Source of the DNA: Squalus acanthias
Taxonomy: Eukaryota
Reading direction: 5' to 3'
DNA length: 64,000 nucleotides
Assembly (NCBI GenBank): GCA_030390025.1
Contig: CM059437.1
Coordinates: forward strand, 66,588,001-66,652,000
Shown here: positions 35,601 through 50,616 of the stretch, piece by piece
Position numbering within the stretch: position 1 is the stretch's first letter
How the letters are laid out: each line of letters opens with the position of its first letter
The notes under the pieces: generated by a model
What the model saw: the letters and a program-made list of their open reading frames with translations, nothing else
Told to the model about the DNA's origin: nothing
Database searches by the model: none
Translations under genes and position numbers: made by a program

Positions 35601-38600
35601 ATGCCAAATAACAACAACTGACTGCCAATTCAAGCTTTATTCTCTTAAGGATTCATAGAAGAGCGCAATTTCCTGGTCAAAATGGCACTGGATTGTAAAT
35701 AACATATATTTTCTCTTGTGGTCGAACAATAAGTTTTACCGCACTTTTTCGTGGATATGTTAGACATTGTGGATATAAATCACAAAATGATATCTGCCTA
35801 GTTATCTTGTTCGCAGCGATAATCCCACACAGTTCTCGGAAGAGTTCTGATTTACAAATACCACCACTAATATTAAATAAACTTCCTTTATGCTTTTTGT
35901 CTTTTCACGACTATTGGGTCATACTTTTAAAATTATGCGTTTTCTTCAAGATGAATTCATCATCACCAAACGATGAGTGACCTAAATTTTATAAATTAGT
36001 TAATAATTTGACATTAATACATTCATAAACCGAATTAATCCTCATGCTGAAGGCAAAACTATGCTTCTGTTTTTACTTGAAAGCCGAGTGAAAGTTTTGT
36101 TTGGTGGCCTGCAATGAACCAATAGACTGCTGATTGTTCTGTATAAACTGCCCTGACTTAAAAAATAAATAAACTGTTGTCGAGTATAAATATGATTTAG
36201 CAATGAAGCAACAGGCAGATACATGTATTTTGTCAGTGGTCTTACAAAAAAACTGAAGCAACATTTCTAAAATTTGTATGGATGAAAACTTGAACACAGC
36301 AAAGCTCCAAATCGCAAATTAGCTTATGTTGCGCTTTGCTAATGGGAGTGTTAAACGGTGAGTTTGATATGAATGTGGAAGGTTCAAGGAAATATTTTGA
36401 AATGAGTTTCCAGGAAGCTGAAAGCTCTTGATGCATTTCTCAAATGATTGGTTCAAATCTTGAAGATGTAAAATAAATGCTACAACATTCATTGATAAAT
36501 GAAAATTGTCGATGACTTCAAAAATAACCATTGTGCTCATAATTCTGGAAAAGCAAATTGGAAAAGAATTTGAGTCAGTATTTGAAGAAAATGTTTCAAA
36601 AAGTGTAGTCAGACAAATATAGGACGCTTTGTGGAATGATGCTACTCTGGCTGGGCGACAGACAAGTCATGAATGTCTAGTGACGGCCAGTGCTGGGATG
36701 TCAGCTGGTGTTTTGCTGAAATCTTTAAATGACGGTGACAGTAGGACATTAGCTTCTCTAGCCCGCCATGCGCTTACTGATCCAGAACGGTTTGGTCTAG
36801 CCTAATGGAATCATTAGGCTACCTGTGTGTGAATACGGTGGCTGAGTGGCCTGGCTCCACTTTGGCCAATGTGATGAATGTTTTCAACAGCCCTATAGGA
36901 TGGCAACAGCCCTTGCGAAATGGGAATGTGTTCGCCGTGCACAACAGATGCGCCGAGTTGGAAAAGAGGGGTTTGCAGTTGAACAGGATTCCTTTGGCGT
37001 CTGGTTAATATCTCTTACTGAACTGTCCGTTGGGTGGGACCTTTGGGTGATTGTGCTGGGTTATTTGTTTGGGGTAGCTTTAACATAGATCACTATTGAT
37101 GCTGTCAGGGCAAACTCCCTCTTTATGGCAATAATAGTTTAGCTACACCCCTTCAGCAATCAAGATCTATAGCAAAAAAACACAGCAATTATGATACGTA
37201 TTTAAAAATAAATATTTGTCTTTACCTCGCTGATGTGGTTTCTGGTGATAAAACGATACGTATGTTATTGGATTGTTTTGATCGCCTCGTCCAGTTAAAG
37301 TTACAAAGTAAGGCTGATGAGTCCCAGACAGAGTGGCACCAGTGGTCATCTCTGTAGGCAATAGGTCTGTCAGTTTAAGCCATAGGACAGGTGTAAATCT
37401 CGCTGACATTCCACATTTCCACCCCGTGTCCTTACCTGGAGCTAAATTCATTTATTACTTGGAGCAAATCAAGTATATTTTTTTAACACGCTGATCACAT
37501 GTAACACCCTGCTTGGTGATAATAAAGTTATTGCCAGTATGTTAAAGGCAAAATTGCTGAATGCTGCAATTATATTGCCTGCAACACCGGTTGCGCAACA
37601 GGTCACTAGTGGTTAGTGTAGAATGATATATTCCCGGACAACAACAAAAAGCTATTCCCATCTCAGAGTTTAAAATAAAAAAACTTAGGATGCTGTTTTT
37701 GTTGCTCTTTATTGGCCTTGAATAGGTCACACATACAAGCAGAACACAGTGAGGGAAACCAGCATTTCTGGGCTTTGATACATTGGCATTCCACACTGAA
37801 AGAGTTAACACTCTAAATGTTAGGAATTAATACACCCTTTAAGGGTATTCATCCAACATGTCAACAACTTTCCTCTTTTTTTTTACAGTACTGTATTTTC
37901 GAGCTGAAATGAATTAAAGAGCCAATTAAAGAGTTCAATGCTTATATATTACATTTTATTGGTTATAATACTTCTTTAGGCTTCCATGTTATTGTTGGGT
38001 TTGAACCCAACAAGTGGCTCCAAAAGTATTAAATGCTCTAGAAAAAAATCTTGTTTAAACTTTAGATTCTGCTATAAACTGCTAGTCTTTATTTTAATTT
38101 CTAGCATTTAAGACAATTCAATGTATGGGTAGAGTTAGTTACAGAAAATAACTCACAATAATGCCATGTTGCAGGGCTGTTTTACGGTCCCATCGTCTGG
38201 GACAAAGTTTATTTATAAGGTAGTGTGCCGCTAATATAGTATGTATTTATCATTCTCATTATTACAGATTCTCCGTTAGTTAACGATGGCAGCTTGTGCT
38301 TTGACTGGATTTTAAAGCAATCACATGTTTTACGTCTAACAATCCCCGCGTGTTTGTGTCCTCTTTTATTCGCATTTTTTCGAACTAACTTTTAAATCAG
38401 AACTGGGTTGTGCAAATGTCAGCATCATGTTTGGTAAATCAACACATAAATCAGCAATAGTTATTTGTTGCTGGCTTAATCAGTGTCGGTGATGTTGGGA
38501 AGACCGGTGTCCTTTTGTGTGACCGCATTCCTGCCCCTCTCTCTCCCCCTTCCCACTGACTCCCCTCTCCCCAGCCCCCTCACCACAACAGCACCGCGTT

Positions 38601-41600
38601 GGATGTCGGACTGGAACTGGCCCTCTCACGTGTGTTGTTTATCTGAAACTTCTCACAACACAACCATATTTTCTCCTGCCATTGTCTGCTATAATATAGA
38701 GAAAGGAACGCTGCCCCAGAGCTTCGCCGGCATGGCATTACAAACAAGAGTCTAATTACGGCTCCGAGATAAACACCGCCCATTTATAAGGACAGTAAGT
38801 CCCTAAGTATGTAACAAGTCTACTACAGGAATATAATTGAAATGTCTCTTTGAAGTTCTAGACATCAGAAGCTCTTAAAAAAAATGAAGTCGAGGTTTGT
38901 GGGAATACAAAATTCTTATTGCACTTTATCTGCAATAAAGTTTTTTTTATAATAAGGTGTACTTTGTGTTGAAAGAAAACTACAACCACGAGTCCAAACA
39001 CTGTGAGTGCCAATGTTGATTATGAATTGTTCCCAAAGATGTGCTCAGACATGAGATAATGAGGGCTGTGATCGCCCAGATCCCTTTACCTTTTCCCAGG
39101 ATTGAAGCTGTCGCCAGGGCACAAAACGACAGTGTAACAGTGCACCACGCTACTCACATCCAATTTGTTCTGTACAAAAGCTGATCTCTAAATCCGCACT
39201 AACAAAGCGGTACTCGGAGACAAATCATATAATGTTCAATTTTATTCATTTTCGACTAATTAACTGGAATCCCACCTTCTCTCATATAGTCTCCAATTAA
39301 TTTGCAATGTATGTCAGAGGTCGTTAGACTTCCAGTGAACCTTTGTTAAGATTTTGTCTTTCTCTCTATATTGATCTTATTAAGGCATTTCTTCTTCGTG
39401 CAAAAGGCCGCGGAGTTTTTTTTTACTGCCCTGGTCTTTAACTTGAAGCGTTGATAATAGGATTCGTGTCTGGGCTCAAAGTTTAAAGCGATGTCGTGGT
39501 TGTTTGGAGGGTAGGTCAAAATACAGCGCTGTAGAGTAGTTTGGCATTTGGATAATATCCGGTACAGGCTAACCATTCTCATTTGAAGAAAATCTAATTA
39601 ACACGTGGATAATTTAGATACGATCGTGCAAGTATAAAATATAACTTATGTTAGATTTGCCTTACAAACACAAAATGCTAATGAGTTTAATTTGCATAAA
39701 TGTACACTTTGAAGCCAGCTTCGGTTTGAATAAGGTGTAGTACTCTAATTAACAAGGGACTGATAGCTGATCTGTCTGCACTCGTCGTACTGTATGTACA
39801 ACCACAGAATTTATATCTGAAGATTATTTCAGGCTGCATAATGAGGAGGTATATACGTTATAAAAGTAATAGAAATGTGTCACTAGTTGAAATGAGAAAA
39901 AAATGTTTCTGTTCCTTTTTACTGATCAAGCTGAGGTGAAACATAATAAAATCGATTTTACGGACTATATTGACTTCAGTTTCGAACCGTATGACCTTTG
40001 AATTGATTGGCGCTAACCTGGTGAAAACGCCATTAAAGAGGTCAGTCTATAAGTTTTGCTTGTTATCCAGAAAGAACGGACCCTCCAAAAATAAACCCAA
40101 AGGACGCCAGGAGTAAAGAAATGGCCAACGCATTAATCAGGGGAAAGAACCGGACTCCACCAATACCCAAATTTAACACTTTCCTTTGAAATTGTCGCCG
40201 GACAGAATTCCAAACTATCAAAAACCAGACAAGGGTTTAATTAAAATGTTATAATTTAAGGTGTTGAGGCTGCCAGCCTCTATTTTTAACATTTCAATTG
40301 AAGCAGTTGAAAAATATAATTAATCAGTTTGATTGACGTTCATATATCATCGGTGCAACTAAATAGCTCCATGGAAATTATGGTCACACTGGCAAAGGGC
40401 GAACCTACAACAGAGAAAGTGAACTTCGGATGAACTTTTTGCATTAAATGGACTCTGAAAAATGTAGAAGGTGCAGCATGTTTGACACAAATAGTACACG
40501 CGAGACAGTGGCTGGATGAGATGGCTGATTTATATTTTCTAGTGTGATTGACATATTGATTAAAAAACTTAGATTACTATATTATCCCATAGTCGAAGAA
40601 AAAAGATAGCATATCATGTTGTACGACTTTTCGCTGATTAGAATTTTTTTTTGTCAGAGAAAGTCTGTTTAAGTAACAGCAGAAGTAAATTTGCCCATTC
40701 CCTGTTAAATCTTGGGTTGCAAAAGCAGGGAACCCAAAGACAGCGCCATCAAGCGATAGATGGCTGTTATTTCTCAGGGGAGCAATTTGGCCTACGGTGG
40801 CTAGAGAGGTACCACAGGGCGTTTTAGCGCTGTTATAGTAAGAGAGAAGATGTACATTTGCAACAAGAAAGTTAAAGCACAAGGCTTTTTTTTGTACTCA
40901 ACCTATCCAAACCAGTTTAGTATTGTTTAGCCATTATTTTCTATATGACAAACTATTAACATTATTTATAATATTTGTATCAGCATTTGAAACATGTATC
41001 ATGCTAGGACTTCCCGGTTGACAATTGCATTTCTTTCAACAATACCTTAAGCATTTCCTAATGTGACGTTTGCATGTTTTTGTCATCTCTAACAACAACT
41101 CACACAAAACTGGTCGTGTAAATTCGACCGACCGGAGATGCTTTTCAGTAATATACCTGAATTTGCTACCTTTGAGAAGAATGCTGTTATACCTGTCACA
41201 CATCTAAACGACCTATATTTACACCTGCGGCGTGATGATGGACCTAAGCACATTGCAATTAACTGAATTGTAAATCTTTTCCGTATGTTTTAAAAACGCG
41301 AGAATCATCTGTCTTTAATAAATTCTAACAACACGCCCTGCTGCAAACAATGTGGCACGCACCAATCTGCTTGTTCTACACAATTTGCGCAAAGCAATGA
41401 CTACAAGAACGGCACTTGATGGCCGGTGACTTAAAAGGAAGCAAAGGGAGAGTGTTCCTATATTTTAAATCTGTCTTGTGATGGAAACGGGCTTGTAAAT
41501 ATTTAAAGTGACATTTCCACAAAAAAGGCCACTTTAAATATGGCCATTACCTAAGGTTGTTTCTTACAACAATATTTGCCTTTGATAGCAGTTGAATCAC

Positions 41601-43297
41601 TCGTAACTGCGTCCTTCTAAACGCATTTTACATTGCCAGTAAAATGAACCTGTATCAGTACAGATGCTTCTGCAGGTCACTATTGGAGTTACTAACGTTT
41701 TTAAATGGCGTTAATATGTTCAGCACGCGAGCTAATTTGTTCTGGGTATCAGTAGCTAATGGTCACTAAAAGTACATAAATGTTACCTTCACCTGTTAAG
41801 TGAAGCGCCTGATTGCTTACTTGCTGCGTAAACATTCGGTTGTTCTTTTCCTAGAGGTTCATGTATATTCTTCTTCTTTATTTATTTTAATGTTTTCAAC
41901 AGCACGTGAATTACCACCTTATTTATGATCTGCCTTTCATATTATTCTGGGCTGCATTGCGTGGTAGACTCCAAACCATGTTAAGAGTATATTTCACTTC
42001 AATTTGTGGTAACTGACAAACAGCATATCAGTCAGCAACGGGCAATATTATGATGCACTGTACTCGTGCTCAGTGCAAGATCCGCAACATGTTTTGAACG
42101 TCAGTACCTATTAAATGAACAAAGACGCGTTGTGTCGAAAGTTAAACAATCAGATATGATTTTTACCATTTGGCCTCTGGTTATTTACTGATCTTTTGAA
42201 ATGTGCTTTAATCTCTAATATCAATTTCTGGTCGCATTGGTGAAGTTTGTGCATTGAACTTTTCCACTGGTTGGTAAAATAGTCTAAAACAACGCAAAGT
42301 GTCTATCAGATTCATATAAAAATTACCACAGTTGGTCTAAACAGTTAACCTCGGTGCACACCCTAGCATTACTTCCGGCCAGAACTGATTTAAACAAAAT
42401 ATTAAGTACTACGATTTCAGTAACAAATCTCTCTCTCTACAAGATGTTTTTAAATTCTCACTCGATCAGTCCAATGATGAGCTACCAAACATTTTGTTCC
42501 AAAGTAAACCCGAAGTATTATGAATATCAAACGTTGCACAACGAAAAACAGCTACATTTCATATTTTAGGACTATTCTGAAAAGTTAAGTTATTTTTCAT
42601 ATTAAAACATATATTTATCTATGCATACAGTATACATTGCATTATGCATTTCTTAATAACCTGTTGATATCAAAATTCACGCCTAAATACTCGATTTAAA
42701 ATATAGGAATTAGCAGCACATTCACATTGAAGCATCAATGGATTTACTTGTCCATTCAAATTGGCATAGGCGAAACCCTAAATGCAGGGCAATATTAATC
42801 TAAACAAATAAACAAAATACAGTCAGCAGTAGTAGACAAGACTCAAATATTCGGTCCTATTTTTCTTCAAATGATCGTATATGATAGTAAGTTTGTTGTT
42901 TTCTATCATAGTATAATAAACTGTTCTGAAACAATTTATGAAATAAACATATATTTTCCTCTTGAAATCAGCCATTTAATACCTGCTGCATTTTCTAACC
43001 GTTAAATAATCCATGTACTTTCATAAACACAGACATTACTATTAATTGATGGACGGTAGAGTATTGGGCAGGAATGTGCCAGACTGTTTTAAAGAAACAG
43101 ATCTTAAGTTATATAGTTTGTTGGTTTTACTGTTGCCCATCGATTAACCAGAGGGTAATGCCACCCTCACCCACACCAATGGGCATTACAGCAATCCATT
43201 GCCATGTGATGTCACAATGGTATCAGCGTTTTATATCCTAAAGTGCTTGGATATGAGAAAATATGAAAAGGACCTACCCATATGCCAACAATAAAAA

Positions 43298-43305
43298 GAT
43301 GGATG

Positions 43306-43377
<72 letters not shown>
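43298..43377 (+). repeat. (GATG)2(GATA)18 microsatellite
   Basis: Read directly. Confidence 0.97.
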
Positions 43378-43379
<2 letters not shown>

Positions 43380-44872
43380 CACTTTCAATGTTGCTATAAC
43401 ATCCAATCAAAAAAGCTTGCAAAGCTGCCTTACAAGCATCTATATGAAATCAGAGTAAATTTACAGCTTCAACTCTGTTGCCCATGTCTATGCATTTCTT
43501 AAATAAACGTCACTTCATTACAGTTTATATGCAGGAAATGTTTGCTAAGAAGAGTACAAGTGGTAACATGCTTTTACTACAGGCGTGCAGCTTGTATCTC
43601 ATCGGTGGAGTGCATGTATTTTGAAATTACAAAACACTTTACGTTTTTTCAGTGTGTAGAAATGCCAGGGAGCCTCGAGGTTGATAGAGGTTTACAAGAT
43701 GACGTGACATTTACTGTCTATGTTTGAAAGAGAATAAGAGTGGGCTTAATTCCTTGAAAATTAAAAATATCATAGGAGGCGAGGCAATGGTTAATCCATT
43801 TATAAAATATGCGTTCTACGTGTGTAATAGAATTATACCACAAATTTCAGCTACGAGCAAGATGAACCATTGATGCCTCAACAAACTTTCCTTAAACTAT
43901 GATTTCTTGTATTGTTTGGGGAAAATCGATAATGTATCTCACGGTAGGTGTGCTGCTGCTAATTCCTCGCCAATTACAACATAGAAGATGGGCCAGATTT
44001 GGATATGGGTGATTGTTTGTTTATCATCAACGCCAGCATTGTTAAATATCATAATCGTGATTGTCCGGTATCCCAAGAGGAGAAATAAGTAATTGAGCTT
44101 TCTATATGTACACACACATGAAATAAAGCAGATTGCAGTTTTAACAAACGGCAATTCAGCCATTGCACACGGTTGGAGGGTGTTTGGGTCTGCTGAGAGC
44201 ACATCGGTTATTTACATTTCCAGGCATGCACTAGTCACGAGGAGATTAATATTTCTCCATTCGTAATGTATAATTGCTGAAGCTTTTGAGAGAAGCTGCA
44301 AAAAACTATTGCAAATGTCAGCGGCGGTGAACATCAGGGAAAAACTAATCTTTAAAGAGCTTGCAGAAGTATGATCGCATGCAAACTATCCACAGTAAAA
44401 TGGAATTGGAAGGCATGCAGATCCGAAAACAAAACTGTAATTGCATTTCGCAAAGATTCATGTTCGCTCCTTACTGATGTAAAATGAATAATATTAAGTC
44501 AGCTAGTTTAAGAAGCACAGATATTATTGTTAAGAAATCGGCAGCAAACATCAGTCACTCCTATTATACTCACTATGCCCTTCTGTTAAAGATGCCTCTA
44601 AACACCCCCGTCGAAAAAGACAACTATTGATCGCCTAAAGCCTGTATCACATCTGCTTAAAATTTGCTTAGTAAAAAATCACCAATAATTGCTGTCAGTT
44701 CTAAAAGGCCAAATGTCTACAAGGCCACGTGTACTTTGAGCTCGCGTCAGTGCAAATGAGCACTAATACCCCAGCAAAATGTATATGAGGGGAGCTTTCT
44801 TTAATTCGCTCAATCATATCAGAGTGTACATTCTCGAAATTATCGCAATAATGGGTTACGTTGTAATTTCAC

Positions 44873-44894
44873 TATATATATATATATATATATA
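44873..44894. repeat. (TA)n microsatellite
   Basis: Read directly. Confidence 0.9.
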
Positions 44895-47499
44895 TGTGTT
44901 CCTGTCACTTACCTTCAAAAAAACAATCTGAGAACTTCAGCCCAAGCTGACCGGTGCGACTATAAAACACAATTTGATGGTAAAATGAGATAAAGTCACC
45001 TTGCAGTTTAATGTGGTAGGGCTTGTCATACTCGATCTGCAAGAAACGCATCACCAACAATGTTGCCGGCAGTTCTTAATGTATCAGCCCATTCTTTGCA
45101 TAGCGTTTCTGTAGCAAAAACACACAAAGAAAGCATTGATACAGTAGTTCGCTACCTAGAATAAGTTACCCTCGGAAACTCCAATTAGTTTAATTTCCAC
45201 AAGAAAAAATATTTTCGACTGACATCTCATCGCAAAGTCCAAATCATTATTTGGTTAAAAATGTAATTAGGACTGTTAGTCTTAGATAAAAGGAAGTTGG
45301 TCATTATCCACAGGCTACTTAGCTATTTTGCCAGAAACATGTTCCTAAATGAAAATTGACAAACGGATGATCACATGTAACGTGCGGCGGTTTGTGAACA
45401 GCCTAAACCGGCTGGCGCCAATGTCGGTCTATAGCCTAAAAATAATGCAGTCTGGAAGGAGACAACTTTTGACAATCTGCACAAAATTCTTCCTATGGCA
45501 CTAAAATAGTTGATCAATAATTGAAGTGGCTGTCAAGAGAACAGCGCTGACACCACAAGCTTGGTTTACCTGTTTTGTTTTTATGATGAGTCTGAGCAGG
45601 ATACTACTTGTAGAAGTTAGAAATTAAGTTCATGAACTTTATCACAGAGTGATATATTTACAGTGCTGGGTATGACGAGGAAGCTATTACGGTATATTTA
45701 GTTATAGGAAAGGCCATTTCTAAAAATCTATTAAATGTTTAGAAGGGATTGCATGAAGGATGTGGTCATAAGCACAATGAATGGAGCTATGTTGATAAGG
45801 GGAAAGGAAAAATTGTAGTGAATGGTAACGGATAGTGAAAAGAGCAGCGAGTGTATGAAAAAGACAACGCGATGAATGGACTGAAGACAGAAAGTGAGAT
45901 AGGACTGGGAGTGGGGAACAATAAAGATGTTCAAAGATGAAGGCCAAATCCGAGTTGCGTGCAAACTGCTCTTTGCTATCCGTGCACTGCAACTTTCTCA
46001 TATGGCAAGAGACGATTTGAATGTGCAGTCTAACAGCTACAGCTATTGCCTTTACTTGCCAGCAGAACATAAACTATGTGCGTTTAAATATATAGTTCTT
46101 TCAAAGAAGAAACTGAGAATATCCACAATAAATTATTACTGACAGTTGTCACAATGCAGTATAAACATGTGTTGATTATATCGTTTTGCTGCCTTGCACC
46201 GTGATTTCCGATACTTCAAGAGTATATGGCGCACACATACATATTGATTAGATCTATTAGACAGATAGATCATCGGTTTAATATGAACTTTGCACTAAAT
46301 ACTATAATGCCTAAACTGAGTTATTTTACGCGTGTGAATCCACTCAAATTTTAATATTTGGATTATCCGCATACTACAGAGAATTCTATCACACATGTAT
46401 TGATAAAAGATTAAACCTACAGGTTACTTAATTGCGACTGGCCGTCATCAGAATAAAGTAGGTACCACAGTGTAAACTTCGACCTGTATTTAGTAACACG
46501 TTCGGTTAAATTGGAAATGGCTCGCGAATGGGCTGAAAGTTTCGGGAGGAATAAGCATGTAATCGGCACTAGCTGGACCTCACACATACTAAGAGAATAT
46601 TTACACGAAACTTGCCAATGTAAACGTGCCCGCCTCTTTCAGATAAACAGTAATCAACAAACCTCTGTATCATTCGGGGCTATAGCTCTGTCTGCTTATA
46701 GCTAATGAAGTGAGGTGTCTGGTTGCACAGGCACTACAGAGCGACTCGGCGCTGGCGTAAATGCTTTCAAAGCCATTTTAATTTTCACATCAGTGCACTT
46801 ACTAGGTTTTAAAGCTCTGACGGCTAACAAGTAGCTTGCGGTATTGGCGAATGTTTAACTAAGATGGCTAGCCATCAATTCCCTTTTGTTTGCTTGCAAA
46901 TTAATCATCCTATACGTAGTTGGCGCCAGTGTAGATTTATCACACACAGGAGGGTGAATGAGCCGGGCGAGGAGAGACAAAGAGAGTTCGCACCTTCCTG
47001 CTTTTGATCCTAGATTAGTGCACCCTCCCTTCATAATACGAGTCTCTAGGGTGCTTAGCCTGGGAGGTCAGTCATAATTGGCGGAAGTTAGTGCAACATT
47101 TTAAAACGTTACATTATAACGCATAATTCCTAAATATTTATTGATTCAACAGAGTCATTTTCAGCACAATACTATAGAATATGATTATTATTTTATAAAG
47201 ACTATATCCGAACACGATCCGCTTATCTGGTTTTTTTTCCTGGCAGACAAACTGTTATAAGGAATGTTTAAACCGGTGGTTATTATTTAAAGAAAGCACA
47301 GATCTGAATGGGATCGCCCTTTGTCTAGATGTCAAACAGAAAATGTACACACATAGGTTCAAGGGAACTCGCCTTGAAGTGAATCTGACGGCTTCCAAAT
47401 CTCCACACAGCTCAGGAAAGCGCCGTGCTTTTGGCATCCGCGGCTTAAGGAGGGAGCCAAGGGTTCACAACACCAGAGAGAGAGAGAGAGAGAGTGTGA

Positions 47500-48747
47500 A
47501 ATAAACCCAGGAAGTAAAATGAAACGTCGTTAGATCGCAAGCTACAACGGCGGAGACTGGCGGTGGTCAGAGCGACTTTCTCGCCAGGATATACTCACAG
47601 ATCAGGGAGGCGATATTTTCGTTTTTAAAAAAAAACGAAAAGTGATACGAGACGCTAGTTACAACTCGACGTCAGCAGCCTGGCGCCAAGCGCCCTTAAA
47701 CATGTGCGTCAAAAATGCAATGTTACAAGAGCTAATCACTTTAGATGTTCCGCTCCTATCTCCGTGCATTTAGCCGATGTGATTGCTTTTCAGTTCTAAC
47801 TTTTTTTTCCCCAGCGGCTTTCAGAGAGAGAGAGAAAAGCAGCGTCCTTATACTTGAAGCTGCAGCAGCCCATTAGGCGCCATGTCCTGATAATTAAATC
47901 ACCTCGTTAAATGAGGCGCTTTTTTTTTTGGGGGGGGGGGGGGGTGGTTGTTGAAAGCATCGCCAAGCAACAAAATAAAATGAAGACGCTGGACATCTCA
48001 CGGCTCTGCCTTTTTTTTGTAACAAATTAAAGTGCAGAGATCGCTATCTGCTGCAAGGGCCCGGGGAAAGGACAAGACAAGGGAACAAACAGACACAAAA
48101 TCAGCAGGAATAAAAATGAATGCTAATCGCCCAGACTGGCATTTTAAGGCGGCGGCGGATTAGTGTGAAGGGAGGAGTGATGTTTCGGAGATTGCATATA
48201 ACGGCGAGAATGGGGCAGAAGGGGCCGTCTGGCTGAGACCCCGGTTTGCCTGTAGACAGACAGATGATTCTTCGCCCGATTTCCTGGTAGTCGATGGTGG
48301 GTAAAGCCACCTGAGGCGGCCCCGCGCCTTGCCATTGGCTGCTCCCCACCACCCGCCCCCCCCCCCCCCCCCTCTAATGATGTTGACATATTCACACGGC
48401 TGAAGTAGTGATGCTGGCTGTACGTTACAGTTTCCGACACCTTCTTTTTATAACTCATCTATCCCCGGCTTTAGTTGTTAAAACCACGCCTATGGAGCCA
48501 CACAATTGGTCCGAAAGCGTCAAATAGCCAATCAACAGGGCTCAGCTATTCGCAACACGCACACTACACACACACACACACACACATACAGAAAGATCGG
48601 AGTTGACTGTTTGGGGAGATGCGTCTCGGCTCTGCCACCGCCAACCAGTCTTACTTTCTGTTTATGTGAAGAAGAAAATAATAATAATAAATAATGATGA
48701 TGATGATGTGCCTGTAAGCGACCGTCCGACAGAGATCTGGGGAGTGG
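47500..48747 (+). promoter_or_regulatory. TBX3: TBX3 promoter / 5' UTR region, CpG-rich
   Basis: CpG-dense; inverted CCAAT (ATTGG) near 48334 and at 48505, CCAAT at 48528, G/C runs, (CA)n. TSS not determinable. Confidence 0.6.
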
Positions 48748-49139
48748 ATGAATTTACCGATGAGAGAGCCAGTTATTCCGGGGACAAGTATGGCTTATCA
48801 TCCGTTCTTACCTCACCGGGCACCGGACTTTGCGATGAGTGCTGTGTTGGGACATCAGCCTGCTTTCTTCCCGACTCTCGCCCTGCCTCCGACCGGCGCG
48901 GCTGCTCTAACACTCCCGGGCGCGCTTAGCAAGCCCATTATGGATCAGCTTGTCGGCGCAGCTGAGGCTGGGATCGCTTTATCGTCAATGGGCCACCAGC
49001 CCTCGCATCTGAGGCCTCTTAAGACTCTGGAGCCCGAAGAAGAAGTGGAAGACGACCCAAAAGTTATACTCGAAGCGAAAGATTTGTGGGATCAGTTTCA
49101 CAAGCGTGGCACTGAAATGGTTATCACCAAATCTGGAAG
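48748..49139 (+). CDS. TBX3: TBX3 coding exon 1 (N-terminus, start of T-box)
   Basis: ATG at 48748; translation ends [19 protein letters not shown]; donor AG|GTACAG at 49140. Confidence 0.96.
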
Positions 49140-50292
49140 GTACAGCGCATTTTTCCATCCAAGAGACGAGTGCCAGCCTCTCTGGTTGGAGATCATACGA
49201 GTTATTTTAATACCCAGCCGTGGTTAGTTGTGACACAGGATAAAATATCATATATTTTTAGTGCAATGTAGGATTTAAAACATGCAAAATAGATTTGATT
49301 GAGAAAAGCGGTCATTTGTATTCGGGTGTAATCTGCCAAGGGCTTTTACAGCACTTAGACTAAAAAATGCTTCCTGCATAATGATCCATTTTGGTGATAC
49401 AGTTTGTCTCGGCAGCTAGCTTTACGATATATGAAGTCATTTATTTATTGGAATAGCATAGCCAGTCTCCGAACCCTTTAGCCTGCACCTTTGTTTAGGC
49501 GATGAGACAATCCAGATCGTCAGACTAATAAGGGCACAACCTCGAACAAATATTTAATTTTAATAAATGCTAATGAAATTAATTGAAATAGGTTCTTGCT
49601 TGTGCTAGGGAAGGTCACATGTGATCTGCAGAGAGCCGGTTGATGAATCTGACTTGCCGAAGTTTAATTTATCCATTCATTTGATCTGAGCAATAACAGT
49701 AATGAATCAGCGGCCGCCTTGTAAATAATGTGCACCGGTATTGCACGATTAAAGCTCCAGATCAGTGCGTAGATTCCAAAGGGGGAATTGCAATTTCTCT
49801 TTGGGGGAAAGGGTATGGTAGAGTATTTCCACGACACCTGTGATGGTAACATTTTAACTCACGCACAGTTTTTTTATGGCACCAATTGGTGATTATAAAA
49901 CCATAAACTTTGAGTTAGCCGCGGCCTTACCCAGGTAGCAAACGCACATATACCTTGGGCAGGGTTATTGAATCATGTATATAATCAGTCATACCAGAAA
50001 TATTGAAATCTATATCCCTAGGTAGAATCTACTCACTAGCTTCTTCTTGCACCATTTATAAAGAGCAGAATTTTGTATATGTAAACTTTAAAACACATTT
50101 GACAAGGCATCTAAAGAACTCGGTTGCTGTTTTGCAATGGTTTTATAAAATAGCATTACTGAAATGTGTTGTCTCAAATATTTCACAGTAGTAAATACCT
50201 GTGAGTCAAGGTCCCAGTCTCAAAAATACTATAGAAATCTTAACTCTTTATTTTACTTTCATGAGGATTACATTACTGACAGATTAATGTAA

Positions 50293-50616
<324 letters not shown>

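Noticed and set aside
36798-36821. Perfect 10-bp hairpins (tagcctaatg/cattaggcta; also 37992-38013)
   Set aside because: Short and isolated; a few are plausible by chance in 64 kb and there is no supporting context.
39040-39155. Ancient SINE head on the minus strand (similar hints near 22830 and 30480)
   Set aside because: Too degenerate to assign without a profile search.
43212-43422. ORFs with SIYL repeats
   Set aside because: Translation of the (GATA)n microsatellite.
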